DNA from: the human T2T-CHM13v2.0 reference genome, Homo sapiens
Assembly (NCBI RefSeq): GCF_009914755.1
Contig: NC_060943.1
Length of the DNA stretch: 64,000 bases
Direction: 5' to 3' (one strand)
The notes beneath the pieces are model-generated. The model searched no databases and was not told where the DNA came from. It saw nothing but the letters and a program-made list of their open reading frames with translations. Position numbers and translations under genes: made by a program. Position 1 is the first letter of the stretch. Every line of letters begins with the position of its first letter. Below are positions 30,301-45,397 of this stretch, one piece after another.

Positions 30301-32189
30301 ATCCTATGTGCCCTGTAAATATTAATATATACACCTCTATATCCCGTAAAAATTAAAGAGAAAAAAATTTAAAAAGGTGAACTGCCAAGGCTTCAAACCT
30401 TCTACTGCATCTCCCGGACAGGAGATCCTAGGCAAGTTATTTAACATTTCTAAGACTCAAACCCTCATCTTGTCACTTGGGAATGACAGAGATTTCTACA
30501 AGTGTTGTGAGGACTAAATGAAATGCTGAACTTACAGGCTTTAGCACAGAATCTGCACAAAGTAAGTTCTCAATAAATGCTGACTGCTATTAATTCATTT
30601 TACTAAATAAAGAGAGACATTTTAATGGCAATATCCAATACTAGTGAGTATGAAAAATCAAACCCTGTTGCTATTGATGGTGCTGATTTGATAATTCTCC
30701 TTTTTAAGTTGTAGTCATGGTTATGATTTATTACAGCAAAAGGATTCAAAGCAAAGTGTGCAAAGGGAAATGGGGCAGACTCTAGAGGAAACTGGTCACA
30801 GCTTTCAGGAGCTGTGTCCCTGTGCAGTCACACAGGCTGCACTTCATTCCTCCTGCAACAAATTGCGACAACACACCCACAATTTGTGAAATTTCACAAT
30901 TGTGAGACCTCGCAATTGTGAGAAATGTCTTCTAGATAAAGACCTAGTGCCTAGGGTTTTTTACTGGGGGCTGGTGATATGACAATTCTTCTGCAAAGTA
31001 ATTCAGAAGTATCTAGAGCTCCCCCTCTGTGACTCAGTACTATAGAAAACAGGCAAAAGCACTTAATGCAGATACGCTGATGTTAATAATAATAAATTAG
31101 AATCTAAATGGAAAATAGGACATGAGAGACTAGTAACATAGAACATTTCTACTAAAACAAAATGTGAAAAAAGCAGAAATATATAAACCTTATAATAACG
31201 ATGAAATCCAATTTCATTAAATAAACAAGTAATCAGTGATAACTCTATGTATAAACTGTTTTTGTCTTTTCCTTTTTCTAAACTTTGTTATATGACTAAA
31301 TTTCTTCTAAACTTAAAAACAGTATTTTAATAAAGGATATTTCTTCATGTTGAAATTAAGATGTAAAATAATGCACGTGTCTTCTTTTTGCACTGTGCTT
31401 CCATCTGGCTTCCGTTACACACCCTCAGAACCTGGACGTCACCAAAGCCAGACGCTCGAGGTGGTGCCGTTTTCTCCCAGCCTACACCAAAATGTTGATC
31501 CCTAGCTCCTAGATGACGCATCCCATCTAAGCAGAAACTCAATGAATGCTACTTAAAGAAACAAACATACAAAATATATAACTTGGCCAACCAAAGAGGA
31601 ACCTATTTGTCAATGAATCCTTGAAAAGTAGCTGAAAAGAACACTTGGAGAAAAGAGTTAAAAAATATTTTTAAAAGAATCACAAAAATCATGCAGATTT
31701 GAATGTTATCGTAAGTATTAACAGAGAGGGCAGTCTACACCTTCTCTGAAAGGAAATACGAAAGCAGAGATGCAGGGGGACAGGTGGGCATAAGGGTGTG
31801 GAGAGCTGAGCTTCTGGAAACAGGCAGAGGCTGTTTGGCGCTCTGAAGAGGGTCTGGGCCTCAAACCCTCCTCTGCTGCTCCTTCCTAGCTGGGTGACCT
31901 TGGGCAAGTCAACAAACCTCTCTGGGCCTGTTTGCTTATCTATAAAGTAGGGGTAATAACAGCACCCACCTTATGGGGTTGTTGGGAGGAAGACCCTGAA
32001 CTTAGAAGAGTGCTTGATACCTAGTAAGGGCTTACTAAATGTTGCTTTTTCTTCCTCCAGGACTCATACTGAAGAGACTTGAATTCTCTGTACAGGCCTG
32101 GAGCCTTCAGTGGGAGAGGCACACAAATAATCTCTTAAAGAGATTGCCCCCTCACAATTACATGAGCTCTTATGCAGAACACCTGCCTC

Positions 32190-32565
32190 TATGCTGCAAC
32201 AGATTGAACGTTTATGTCTCCCCAAATGCCTATGTTGAAATTTTACCATCTAAGGTAATGGTATTAGGAGGTGGGGCCTTTGGGAGGTGTTTAAGTCACG
32301 AAGGTGGAGCCCTCATGAATGAGATATCATCTATAATCACCTATAATCTCTCTCCCAGAGAGCTCCCTCACTCCTTCCTCCATGTGCAGACACAGCAAAA
32401 AGGTGCCACCTATGAACCAGAAAGCAGTCCTCACCAGACACCGAATCTGCTCATGCATTGATCTTGGACTTCTCAGCCTCCAGAACTGTGAGAAGTAGAT
32501 TTCTGGTGTTTGTAAGTCACCTAATATATGGCATTCTGTTATAGCAGCCCCAGTAGACTGAGACA
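32190..32565 (+). mobile_element. MLT1A-like MaLR LTR
   Basis: gttgaaattttacc...ggtattaggaggtggggcctttgggagg...gttatagcagccccagtagactgagaca. Confidence 0.75.
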
Positions 32566-32590
32566 TATGCCTTGGTTCTCTGTCACTCAC

Positions 32591-32683
32591 CAGGAGCCCG
32601 GCGTCTTCTTACTGGCTCTACCATCCAGGGTGCTTTCCCTTTCTCCAATAAGGTGATCACATTTGGTCTCCGAAAGGAAAGAC
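32591..32683 (-). CDS. ZNF667: ZNF667 KRAB-B exon (93 nt)
   Basis: cccacgtacag|GT acceptor and CCTG|gtgagt donor; encodes (G)LSFRRPNVITLLEKGKAPWMVEPVRRRRAP; phase 1 at both ends. Confidence 0.95.
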
Positions 32684-32824
32684 CTGTACGTGGGACAAAC
32701 ATGGGAAATGATCATAAATGTGGGCACCACAGAAGTCAGAGCCACGCTCTGCATCAACAGGAATGCAGGTTTAGTAGCATGAAGGGAGCACAGAGGATGT
32801 GAAGGGCAGCTGGAGAATGGGGAG

Positions 32825-33614
32825 TGTGATATTGTGATTTATAAGAATATGTATTTGCTTTTCATCCCTGTTTCCGGCACACAGCTCCTTAAACCCTGGG
32901 AATCTCCTGCATATGTGTCTTTTCTATGTTAATGAGAAGACTGTGACTGGGGGCTCCTGGACAGCCTTCAGATGGGGGCTGGTTGCCGATCATGTGATTA
33001 GAGGATTGGAACTTTCAGCCCCATCTCCTGACCTCTGGGGAGGGGTCAGAGGCTGGAGGTTGAGCCAATCACTAATGGCCAATGATTTAATCAACCTTGC
33101 CTACCTGAAGCCTCCTTAAAAACTCCAGTGGACTGGGTTTGGAGAGCCTCAGGGTTGCTGACCACGTGGAAGGTGGTGCAGTAGAGGGTGCATGCTCTGT
33201 GTCCCTCCCCCCATAACTTACCCTCTGCATCTCTTGCATCTGGCTGTTCAACTGCATCCTCTGTAATATCTTTTACACTGAGTTGGTAAGCATAAGTAAA
33301 GCGCCTCCCTGAGTTCTGAAAGCTACTCTAGCAAATGACTGAACTTGAGGAGAGGGTCATGGGAATCCGCTAATTTAGAGCTGGTCAGTTGGAAGGCCTG
33401 GACATGCAACTGGCCTCTGAAGTAGGGGACAGTCCTGTGGGACTGGGCTCTTACCCTGTGGGATCTGACACTATCTCCAGGTAGACAGTGTCAGAATTGA
33501 ATTGGAGGACACCCAGCTGGAGTGTGCTAGAGAACTGTTTGGTGTGTGTGGGAAAACCTCCAAACATCTGGTGTTAGAGTGTGCGGTGTTGAGTTTGGTT
33601 GTTTAAATCTCACA
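32825..33614 (+). mobile_element. MER21-like LTR
   Basis: TGTGATATTGTGATTTATAAG start; gggatctgacactatctccaggtagacagtgtcagaattgaattg motif. Confidence 0.75.
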
Positions 33615-34147
33615 TGGAAAGGCAGGAATCTAAATTATAGCCAGTAGAGTTGTTAAATTTTAATTCGACAAAGCAAACTATTTTCCTGAGAATTGAGTCA
33701 GAAACTCCTGAGGCTGGTTATGAAGTTACTGTCTTTCTGCTCCAGACCCTCACCCTTCTATTATCTGTTTTGTGGTGCCAGGGTGGGGGCCTTGCTGTCT
33801 TCACTTCTGCTTCACCGGCTGCTTCCTGTCAACATCCACCAATAGGGGCTTTGTTGGTTTCTATGTCTGGGTTTTTTAGTTCTGTACTCCCAGAACCAGT
33901 TTCATCTGGCTCCTCAGAAGTATAAACAAACCAGGCAGCACACTGCCCCCTCCTTCAGAAGTTCTGAGTCCCAGATCCGAGGGGACCTTCCTTAAAGCGC
34001 TAAAAACCCCAAACTCTTCCCTTTGTCCCTCCAACCCCAGGAATGGTGGCAGCATCCTGCAATTACTGTCTCTGTGTTACATCAATGTCCACTATTCACC
34101 TTTCAACAACACCTCTTAAATCAATTCCTTAAATTCTATCAAAAGAG

Positions 34148-35272
<1,125 letters not shown>

Positions 35273-35729
35273 CTATTCACCATGGACTTGTGCTTCCACA
35301 TGGCTGGAGGAAATGGTGCACACATCTTAAACATGGGAGACACAAGGTACCAAGAATCATTCAGGAAGCATTCAGGGTTCTGAGGCCAAAAGGGGCAGGT
35401 GTATTAAATAAGTTAAATAAAATACAATATAAGACATAGCTGTTATTAAAATTATGTTGCATTAAGAACACGTGGCAACCTGGATCTACCAGGCATTTAC
35501 AAAGTCAAAGCATTCTTCTAAGCACCTGACTGTACTGGCTCACTTAGTGCTCATGTGAATCAGTGATAGAGGCACTGTCAGCGGAATCACAGTATGTTAC
35601 AGATGAGGAAACTGAGGCCCAGAGAGATGAGAAAACTTACTGCAGGTCTCACAGCTAGTAAATGGAGAAGCTAGTGTTCAGCCCAGACAGCTCCCGATTT
35701 AATCTCCTAACCACTTGCTCTCCAAGAAA

Positions 35730-36125
35730 CATGTGAATATGTTACACATGACAAAAGGTTCTTTGAGGGTATAATCAAGGTTACTGATCACTTGACCTTG
35801 GCAGATTATCTTGGACTTGACCTGGCCAGTTGGTTATTGGTTCTTGCTGTCTTGAAGATGAAAAATGAGGGTCAGGTGGAAAGTGTAGGAAGGAACTGAA
35901 TCTGGCCAATAACCAGCAAGTCTGGAAGAGGACCTGAGCCCCAAATGAGAACACAGCCGGCTGACACCTTGATTTCAGCCCTGTGAACTCCAAAGCAGAT
36001 GACCCAGCTAAACCATGTTGTGCCTGGACGCCAACCACAAAACTGCATGATAATAAACACGTGCTGTTTTGAGCTGCCAAGTTTGCAGCTAATCTGTTAC
36101 AGCAGCAAGGGGCAACTAATACACC
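35730..36125 (+). mobile_element. MLT1-type LTR fragment
   Basis: gagaacacagccggctgacaccttgatttcagccctgtga...gttacagcagcaaggggcaactaataca. Confidence 0.6.
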
Positions 36126-36773
36126 CAACTGAAAGCAAACACATTTGTTATGGGAAACTGCATTTGAGATGCCTGTTGGAAAAACCACTCAATGATTGAC
36201 AGTCGTGGAGCATGCTGACCACAGGAGGCTACGCATACAACCTCACTGCCTGCACCAGTGCAGTCAATGGAATAGCAGGGCTATGTGGTGCCTTTTAGTC
36301 TTGGGACCTTAGTTAAAGAGATTTCCTCCATGTAAATATGGGTTTTACAAGGAGATACAAAACCACACAACAAGACTAACTCCAGAGCACATGTCAAGTC
36401 CCCTCTGCTACTGCAGGCCCCACCTGGGCATTCATCTCCATGCTGAGAAATCACAGTGGCTCTCATCTTCCTCCACGGAGGACATTTCTCTTGGGGAGGG
36501 CATTTCTCCTGGCACTGGCAAAGCCCCTGGGAATGCTAAACAAACAGGCCAGTGGCCATGTGCACACTGGGAATGGAGAGAGGCTCGCTGAGCAGTTTCC
36601 TGGCTGCTGGGCCCTTCTCAGGTTCTCATCCCTCATGGCAACGGGAGAAAACCAAAGACTAGGTGTTGGATGGATCTCCAACAGGCAACAAGTCTCCATG
36701 GAAGGAAAGCAAATGGTCCACATCTCACAAGACACGATGGGGTGTTCCGGAAGGAAGAGGAATTGCCACTTAC

Positions 36774-36806
36774 CTTGGATTTGGATTTCCCCCGTGCAGA
36801 AGGCAT
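36774..36806 (-). CDS. ZNF667: ZNF667 first coding exon (MPSARGKSKSK)
   Basis: ATG at 36806 (gaaaggATG, A at -3), 11 codons, then AAG|gtaagt donor in phase 0 with the KRAB-A exon. Best-looking acceptor is tcttctccccacag| at 36866/36865. Confidence 0.9.
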
Positions 36807-36927
36807 CCTTTCCTCCCCCTTTAGGGTCCACACTGAGAGATGGGCAGAGAGCTGGTAAGGCAGGGCTGTGGGGAGAAGACAGGTCATGAGGCAGTGCCAG
36901 AGTCCACAGGCCCCTACCTAACCTGGA

Positions 36928-36983
36928 GACACACACACACACAGACACACATGCACACATATGCACGTGCACACACACACACA
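36928..36983. repeat. Interrupted (CA)n/(TG)n tract
   Basis: acacacacacacagacacacatgcacacatatgcacgtgcacacacacacaca. Confidence 0.9.
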
Positions 36984-37874
36984 GATGTCAGAACACCTGG
37001 CGCATTCCTGTCCCCCCTCACCTGCTCACGGTCAGGGAAGGGCACGGCCAACCCTTTTTGTGCCTAAGATCATAGCAGGTTCTTGGTCATGAGGCAAATA
37101 AGGACTGCACAGACCTCTGGCCATCCATCTGACAAGTATTTACTGAGCACCTACTGGGTGTCCAGCTGTCCCAGGTACTGGGGGGAGAGCAGTGAGTTAA
37201 AGTGGAAGAGTGCCGGCTCCCAAGCACCTTACATTCCAGTAGGGAAAGAAAGTCCATATAAAGCACAATGATGGACATGGTCATTGCTATGAAGAATAAA
37301 CAGGCCAGGGCAGGGGTTAGAGTCGTGGAATGGTCAGGGAAGGTGTCTCTGAGGAGGTCACATTGAGCTGAGGTCTAAATATGAGAGCATGAGCCATGTG
37401 GGTGCTAGGGGAAGAGCATTCCAGGTAGAGGCACAGCAGGTGTCAGCGTCATGGGTGGGCGCAGGCTAGGTGTGAGGAGAGCAAGGTCTGTGTACTGAGG
37501 CAGAGTGAGTGCAGCGGGGAGGGTGGGCTAAGGCAGGCAGGGCCGGATCATGAAAGGGGTGCTGAGCAGCTGGGATTTGATCTCAAGTGTGACATCACTG
37601 GGGGAGGAGGGGGAGCTGAGAAGGGGAGTGACACCATCAGACAACATTTAACAAAAATTTGTGGCATGTCTATATGGTGGGTTAACTGTGTGTCAGAAGA
37701 GGGAGCAGGAGTGAGGACAGGACTCACTAGGTAGCTTTGCAGAAATCCGGGGAAGATGTTGGTGGCATGACTAGGGTGGGTGGAGTGGAGGAAGGAAGAT
37801 GTGGTCAGATCGCCTCCTCAAGAGGGCCCCTCTATCCACCCATCTCAAAGAATCTCTGCCCTGTATCAGTCTAT

Positions 37875-39055
<1,181 letters not shown>

Positions 39056-40317
39056 GCCACATGCTCTCTTATTGTATTGCCCCATTTTCCACATAGCACT
39101 TACCGCTTTCTGAAAACAGCTTCTTTATGTGGGTGTTTATGTGGGTAGTACCTCCCCCCTCCCTAAACACACACAATGATCTAGGCTGGAAAGCAGAGAC
39201 TTTGTTTTGTTCACCGCTCTACTCCCAGGGCTGAGAACCTACCTAGCACAGAGCAGGTGCTCAATAAACACTTGTTGACTAACTCAACCAGATCCTCAGT
39301 GTGCTGAAACCCCATCCCAGAGACACAGTTCTGCTGCAGCCATTCCCTGGCCCTCCACATTTGTCTTTGGAGAGGACAGAAATGGGGACATACTTTTCAC
39401 TTCCCTTACTGTGGAAAGCTTGACATCTTGAGAAAATGATACAATGAATGCCTAATTACTCTTCACCAAATGTTAACATTTTTCCTACCCTTTTTTATAA
39501 AAAGGCAGTTGTCTGAAAGTTGTAGAATGACAGTTCATCCCTAAATGTTCCAGCACACGCCTCCAAAGAATGCCATCGTCATACCCTGCTGCCAACAACA
39601 GCAGAAATATCCCCAAAAGCTTTTTGTGACTTTGTAATGAAAAAAGTACAGCAGGACACAGCCTGGAAAATGGAAATAATGGATGTTCCCTCTACAGATG
39701 TTTGTTTCGTCCCCGTAGGGGTGGAGGTAGAAGAAGATAAATCCAAGGCCATCAGGCTTGAGTTCAGAGTTAGGTAACGGATATGTTTTGATACAAAACA
39801 TGGATCCTAAGATGGCCTTATCCTATTTAAGAGAAGCTAGGCAGAAGAATGCTTGGATTATTACATGTCTCTCTTTGTAGGATGAAGTTGTAGTAAGAAT
39901 ACGAATACTAAGATGAATTATTAACAAGATGAATAAATGTTCCATGTGCTAAGCAACACTGAGGATTATCATTTCAATTCTCACATCTGGTGGCAAGTCC
40001 AGTTCTGACGCCGTTTTCCAGATGGGAAGGTGGAAGCACAGAGAGGGAGGAATCACTTGCCCAACGTCATAAGGTAGACCAGTGGCAGAGCCAGGGTTCA
40101 AACCTAGACATTTGCCCCAAATGCCTGGCTCTTAACCCTACTGTGTGGCACCCTCCCCTCTGCCCATGTCAGAGGAAACAAGCTGAGCAGAGAAGATCAG
40201 CAGGGCAGGCTTGAGGCTGCTCTCCCAAGAGGCCTGTGTGCAGGGTCAGCCCCAGGCTGGCGTCTAAGGACCTGGCTGGGAGACCATTCCCTACACGGAT
40301 ATAAAACTTTTCCTGAC

Positions 40318-40757
40318 TGTTAAGAATACCTTCAGCTTCATGGTGTGGTGCAGGGAGCATACAATTTACGCCTTATGTTGAACCCCTGCTTTCCTCCTGG
40401 GAGTCTGCAATTTTGTTATCTGCCAACCAGAGAATGCCGACGTAACCAGCTCACAATAACAAATGTGGACACTGAGTCTCTAATGGGCATGCTGTGTAGA
40501 CAGCACCTCGCATGTGTTGTTCTAACTCGTTACTAAGGGAATTAGTATGTCACTCAGGACTGCACTGGGAGAGGACTCCAGGGAGCCTGGCCCTGGCTTC
40601 CCCAGGCTCTGCTCTGTGCACCCTTCCCTTTGCTGATACTGCTCTGCATTTTTTGGCTGTAATAAATCATTAGCTGTGAGCATGACTACAGGTTGGGTCC
40701 TGGGAGGCCCTCGAGAATGCTGGAACCTGGGAGGTGGCCCTGCAGACTCCGAAACAT
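40318..40757 (+). mobile_element. ERVL-type LTR fragment (MER68/MER77-like)
   Basis: cccttccctttgctgat...gctgtaataaatcattagctgtgag...gaacctgggaggtggccctgcagactccgaaaca 3' end. Confidence 0.55.
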
Positions 40758-40965
40758 AAGCCAGTAAGAGGTAACCCCCACTCTATCACACCCCTCAGCT
40801 GTATCAGCCTTAGAATGAGGATCCAGCGAACAGTCATTCTGCAACAGATGGAGTTGAGGTGGGCACATGATCAATGTCCTGGCCCCAATGGGAGGCAGCT
40901 GGAGGTGTGGTTTCCCAGCCCCTCAGGATGGTGCCCTGAGCCACACCCCACTTCTCTGGTGCTCT

Positions 40966-41498
40966 TGTTAGAGGGACCCCTGGTTACCAGGCCTCTGGTT
41001 TAATAAAACATGACTAGAGTGACTCTGTCTTAAAGTGAGTAGCTAGGCGCTCACAAGGCCCCTGCTATAAGGTTAATGCTTACAGTATGAAAGTAGCCAC
41101 ATCCTGAGCTGACCACCTATTACAATTACAGAAAATTTATAGACACACAGAACATCTCCCACCAAGCCTGCAGAATGTCCAGATGTCCTGAGAGTGCAGC
41201 CCACTTTACTCAGAGATAACATCAATGACCAGGCTTAGGCTGAAGGATGAATGGTCATTGATAGCACAAACAGCCCTACCTTTAGTGAGTGCATCTGCAC
41301 ATTCCAGGTTTAATGACAGCTCCTTACAGTTTCCCATTCCTTCTCCTGCTTTCTGAGAACACCCTACTCTATAACAGGGTAGTTTCCAATAAACTTGCTT
41401 CTTTCACTGTGCTCTGTGACTCACCTTGAATTCCTTCCTGTGCAAGATCCAAGAACCCTCTCTTATGGTCTGGATTGGGACCCTCTTTTCCAGCAACA
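40966..41498 (+). mobile_element. ERV1 solo LTR (MER41-family-like)
   Basis: TG...CA termini, AATAAA, 3' end aagatccaagaaccctctcttatggtctggattgggaccc...caaca; TSD CTCT/CTCA. Confidence 0.7.
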
Positions 41499-41668
41499 CT
41501 CACTGGGCAAGAAGGGGCGGGGTCCCATGCAGGTGAGCCATGGTCCAGGAGGGGCCTCTAATTAGCACTGTGTGCCATGCCGGCCACATCATGCTAAGGG
41601 GAATACTTGACTTCATCTGCCTGGGAATGGGGTGGGGGGGAAATGAGGGCACTGTGGGCATTAGTGAC

Positions 41669-43451
41669 TGTGGTAGACCAGAGTTATGGCCACCCCCCCA
41701 AAGATATGGACATCCTAATCTCCAGAACCCATGAATATGGCACCTTACACAGCAAAAGGAACTTTGCAGATGTGATGAAGTTAAGGATCTTGGGGGCGGG
41801 GGAAATTATCCTGAAAATGGAAAACACACAAACCATTTTTCCTCTGCTGTCACACCACAACAATCCATGACCACATGTGTGAGGAGTTTTCCACACACCA
41901 AGCAAGCAATCATTTCTGCAGCGGCCCCAGCTGGGTGTCCTCCAACTCAATTCTGACACTATGTTCCTGGGGACAGAATCAGATCCCAGAGCTTGAGGTC
42001 TCAGCCCCCAAGACTGCCCCACCTGCCCCACCTTCAGATACCAGTTGCAAGTCTGGACTTCAGGAATGTTTGACTGACTGGCTTTAAGCTGGGGTTCCCA
42101 CAATCCCCTTTTGGGTTCAATTATTAATAATTTGCTAAAGCAGCTTACAGAACTCAGGCAAATACTGACATTTACTGGTTGATTATGAAGGCTATTCCGA
42201 AGAATACAGAGAAAGAAATGTGTAGAAATACAAGGTATGTGTGAGGTGGTGTGGAGCTTCCATGCCTTCCTTGGGAACCCTCCAGGAACCTCCATGTGTT
42301 CAGCTATCCAGAAGCTCTTCAAACCCTGTCCTTCTGAGTTTTTATGGTGGCTTCATTACACAGGCAAGATTAAACTACTGGCCCTTGGTGATCAACTTAA
42401 CCTTTAGTCTTTCTCCCCTCCCCAGAGGTTGAAGGGTGGAGCTCAATGTCCCAACTGTCTAGTCCTGCCTTGGTCTTCCTGGTGACCAACCCTATCCTGA
42501 AGCTACCCAGGGGCTGCCAGCCACCAGCCATCTCATTAGCATACAAAAGACATGTAAAAGAAAAGGGCATGGTGCCTCACACCTGTAATCCCAGCACTTC
42601 GGGAACTGCTTCAGGCAAACCTGTTTCCCATTTTATTACTAACCACGTACCTCCCTCACAATATGCCCAAAAGAAAATTCTTTTTGGACAGAGGACACAC
42701 AGAACTCATGAGATAAATGCATACCTGATTGCTCCCTTTGCCCTATTTCACTAAGCCAGACCAAGGCATAAGTGACTACTCCTCTACCCTCCTGTCACAT
42801 GTAAACTGTGTGTTCAGTGAAAGGCTCATCAGAGACTTGAAGGAATGCAACTGTTTGTCTCTTATCTACCTATGACCTGAAAGGCAGGGCCCTTGCTTCG
42901 AGTTGTCCCACCTTTCTGGACCAAACCAACGTACATCTCACACATACTGGCTGATGTCTCATGTCTCCCAAAAACATATAAAACCTAGCTGTGCCCCGAC
43001 CACCTTGGGCACATGTCAGGACCTCCTGAGGCTGTGTCACAGGTGTGTCCTTAGCCTTGGCAAAATAAACTTTCTAAATTGACTGAGACTTGTCTCCGAT
43101 ATTTTGGGTTCACAGACATCACTTTAGAAATTGTAAGATTTCAGGAGTTTTATGCCAGGAAACAGGCTAAAGGCTAAATAGTTATTTCTCAATAGCACAA
43201 TCCTGGATTGCCCAAGTGGGCTCAACATAATTACAAAGGTCCTCTTTATAAAACGGAGGCAGGAGGATCAGAGTCAGACAGAAAAAGAAATTGCAAGATG
43301 GAAGCTATGCTGCTGGCCTTGAAGATGAAGGAGCACCTGCTGCCATGGCTTCGTAGCTCTGCCTTTCAGGACTGTAAGAGAATAAATGAGTGTAGCTTGA
43401 AGCCATCAAGTTTGCGGCAATTTGTCACAGCAGCAAGAGGAAATGAACACA
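41669..43451. mobile_element. Nested LTRs: MLT1 (+) > MER21-like (-, 41812-43199) > MER4A1-like (+, 42553-43114)
   Basis: TG..CA termini with perfect TSDs GTGAC (MLT1), ATCC (MER21-like) and GACA (MER4-like). Confidence 0.85.
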
Positions 43452-45397
43452 GTGACCCTTCCACTATTTCCTTCCAGTCCTCATGCCCAATAAATGGGCT
43501 TCTTTTGTCAGTGACCTGGTGCTGAAAACATCTGTAATTCAGGGGAATTACAGGGCTAGGGTGAGATGAAGAGGTCGGCTGGTGATCGCTGAAGCCGGCC
43601 TGTGAGGCCACTCCAAGAGGCAGAAAGGAGCGCTGAAACATCAGCCCTGCCTGCCTCCCTCTTGCACACGTGCACACACACCCACGCACGCACATCCAGA
43701 GCTCCCTCATGCTGAGGAAGCTCAGGGTCCTGCCTTGTTTTAGCCAGGGTCAGAGGGAAGGGTGAGGCGGCCCCCAGTGGTGGTAAACACATCACTCTGG
43801 GGTCAGACTGAGGGTGGCAAGTGTTCCTATCAGCTGTGTTACCCTGGGCAAGCCACTGAACCTCTCTGTGCCACAGTTTCCTCACCTCTCAATTGGGGAC
43901 AATACAGAACCTACTTCTGGAGGGAGTTGTAAGAATGAAGAATCACGTTTGGGTCCTACACCCCCACCCCCATGCCAGTGCCTCCCTGCTAGTCCCTGAA
44001 GGGGCTGCCACAGCCCCACCTCACTTCCTTCAGTCTGCTCAAACCTCACCTTCTCAGCAAGCCTCACTAACCATTCTATTTAATAATGCAAGCTGCCCCC
44101 CACCACCCTTCACGGCTGGTTCAGATATTTTTTTTCAGCAGCTCTTATCGTGGTGTAACTCGCTGCAGAATTTGCTTATTATGCTTACTGTCAACCGTCC
44201 TGAGGACAGGCAACTCTGTATTCCAAGTGCCTTAGACCAGCATCCAGCACACGGAAAGGGCTTAAGTGTTTGCTAACTGAATGACTGAATGGCTTTGTAA
44301 TAAATATTAACTTTCTTTACCAACACTTTTTCAAGGAGCCTTCCCTCACCCACTAAACCGGGGTAGGGGTATGCTTCACATGTATCAGGTGCCACTTCTT
44401 CACAGCGGAAACACATTCCATTGTGAGCACATTTGCCTTCTGGCTTTATCTCTTGTCCTCCACCGGACAATGCATTGACCAATGTTCTCATGTGTGCAGC
44501 TGTGTGACCTTGGGCAAGTTACTGAACCTTGCTGGGTCTTTACCTCCCTCCTTTACATCTGCAAAGGGAGGACAAAGGGCTGCTGGAGGATGAGATGAGA
44601 TCATATCAGTCAGTGCTCCGTTAAGGTAAACTCTATTTACCCTCACTGCTGTTGAGGTTACAAGTGCCAGGTGGGGCCAGTTCTGTGGGATGTGAGTTTG
44701 GGAAAAGGTCGCATTGACCGTCCTTAGCCCACATGCTCTATGCACGTGCTCAGGTGTGTGTGCTGAATGTGCTCCATGCCTGGGCAGCAGCGTCACCTCC
44801 TCAGTTAATGACGATGAGAATGAAAGCTGTGCTGGCTCCTTTCTATGCATCACACCATCTCCTTTAACCTTGAATGGCAAATCAACCACCCAGGGTCCTC
44901 ATCTTCCATCGCGGGGATGAGAGAGGGACGATGACCCGCCTGTTGTCACAGAGCTTTAACTGATGGAGCCTGGATTTGAGGCCCTATCCACAAGCCGCAC
45001 ACTCTGCACTCCTCACACATGGCAGGAGTCCACTATCCACCCTGGCAGGGCACGGGAGGCATCGGTGTGGTGAAATGCTTCCGGAAAACATCCCCATATG
45101 TATGTTTCTGTCATAGTAGAGTGGCCACAGGAGTTGGGGAAAATTTGAGCATATCATGTTAAGACTGAGGAGCGAGGGCTCGGTGACGAACTGAGCAGAC
45201 TGGCCTTCGATTCTGACTTTTCTGAGCGAGGTTTCCTTCGTACAGAGATGGGGACCAAGAGGCCTGCCCTGAATCCTGGACACCTGAATTCTGGGCTGTG
45301 TTAGACCCTAGGACAACGGTGTGCTGGGGAATGTTTAATAAGCAGCTTGCTGCAGGGGTGATTTATAGTGTTTACAACTTCCATGGAGTAAATACTC

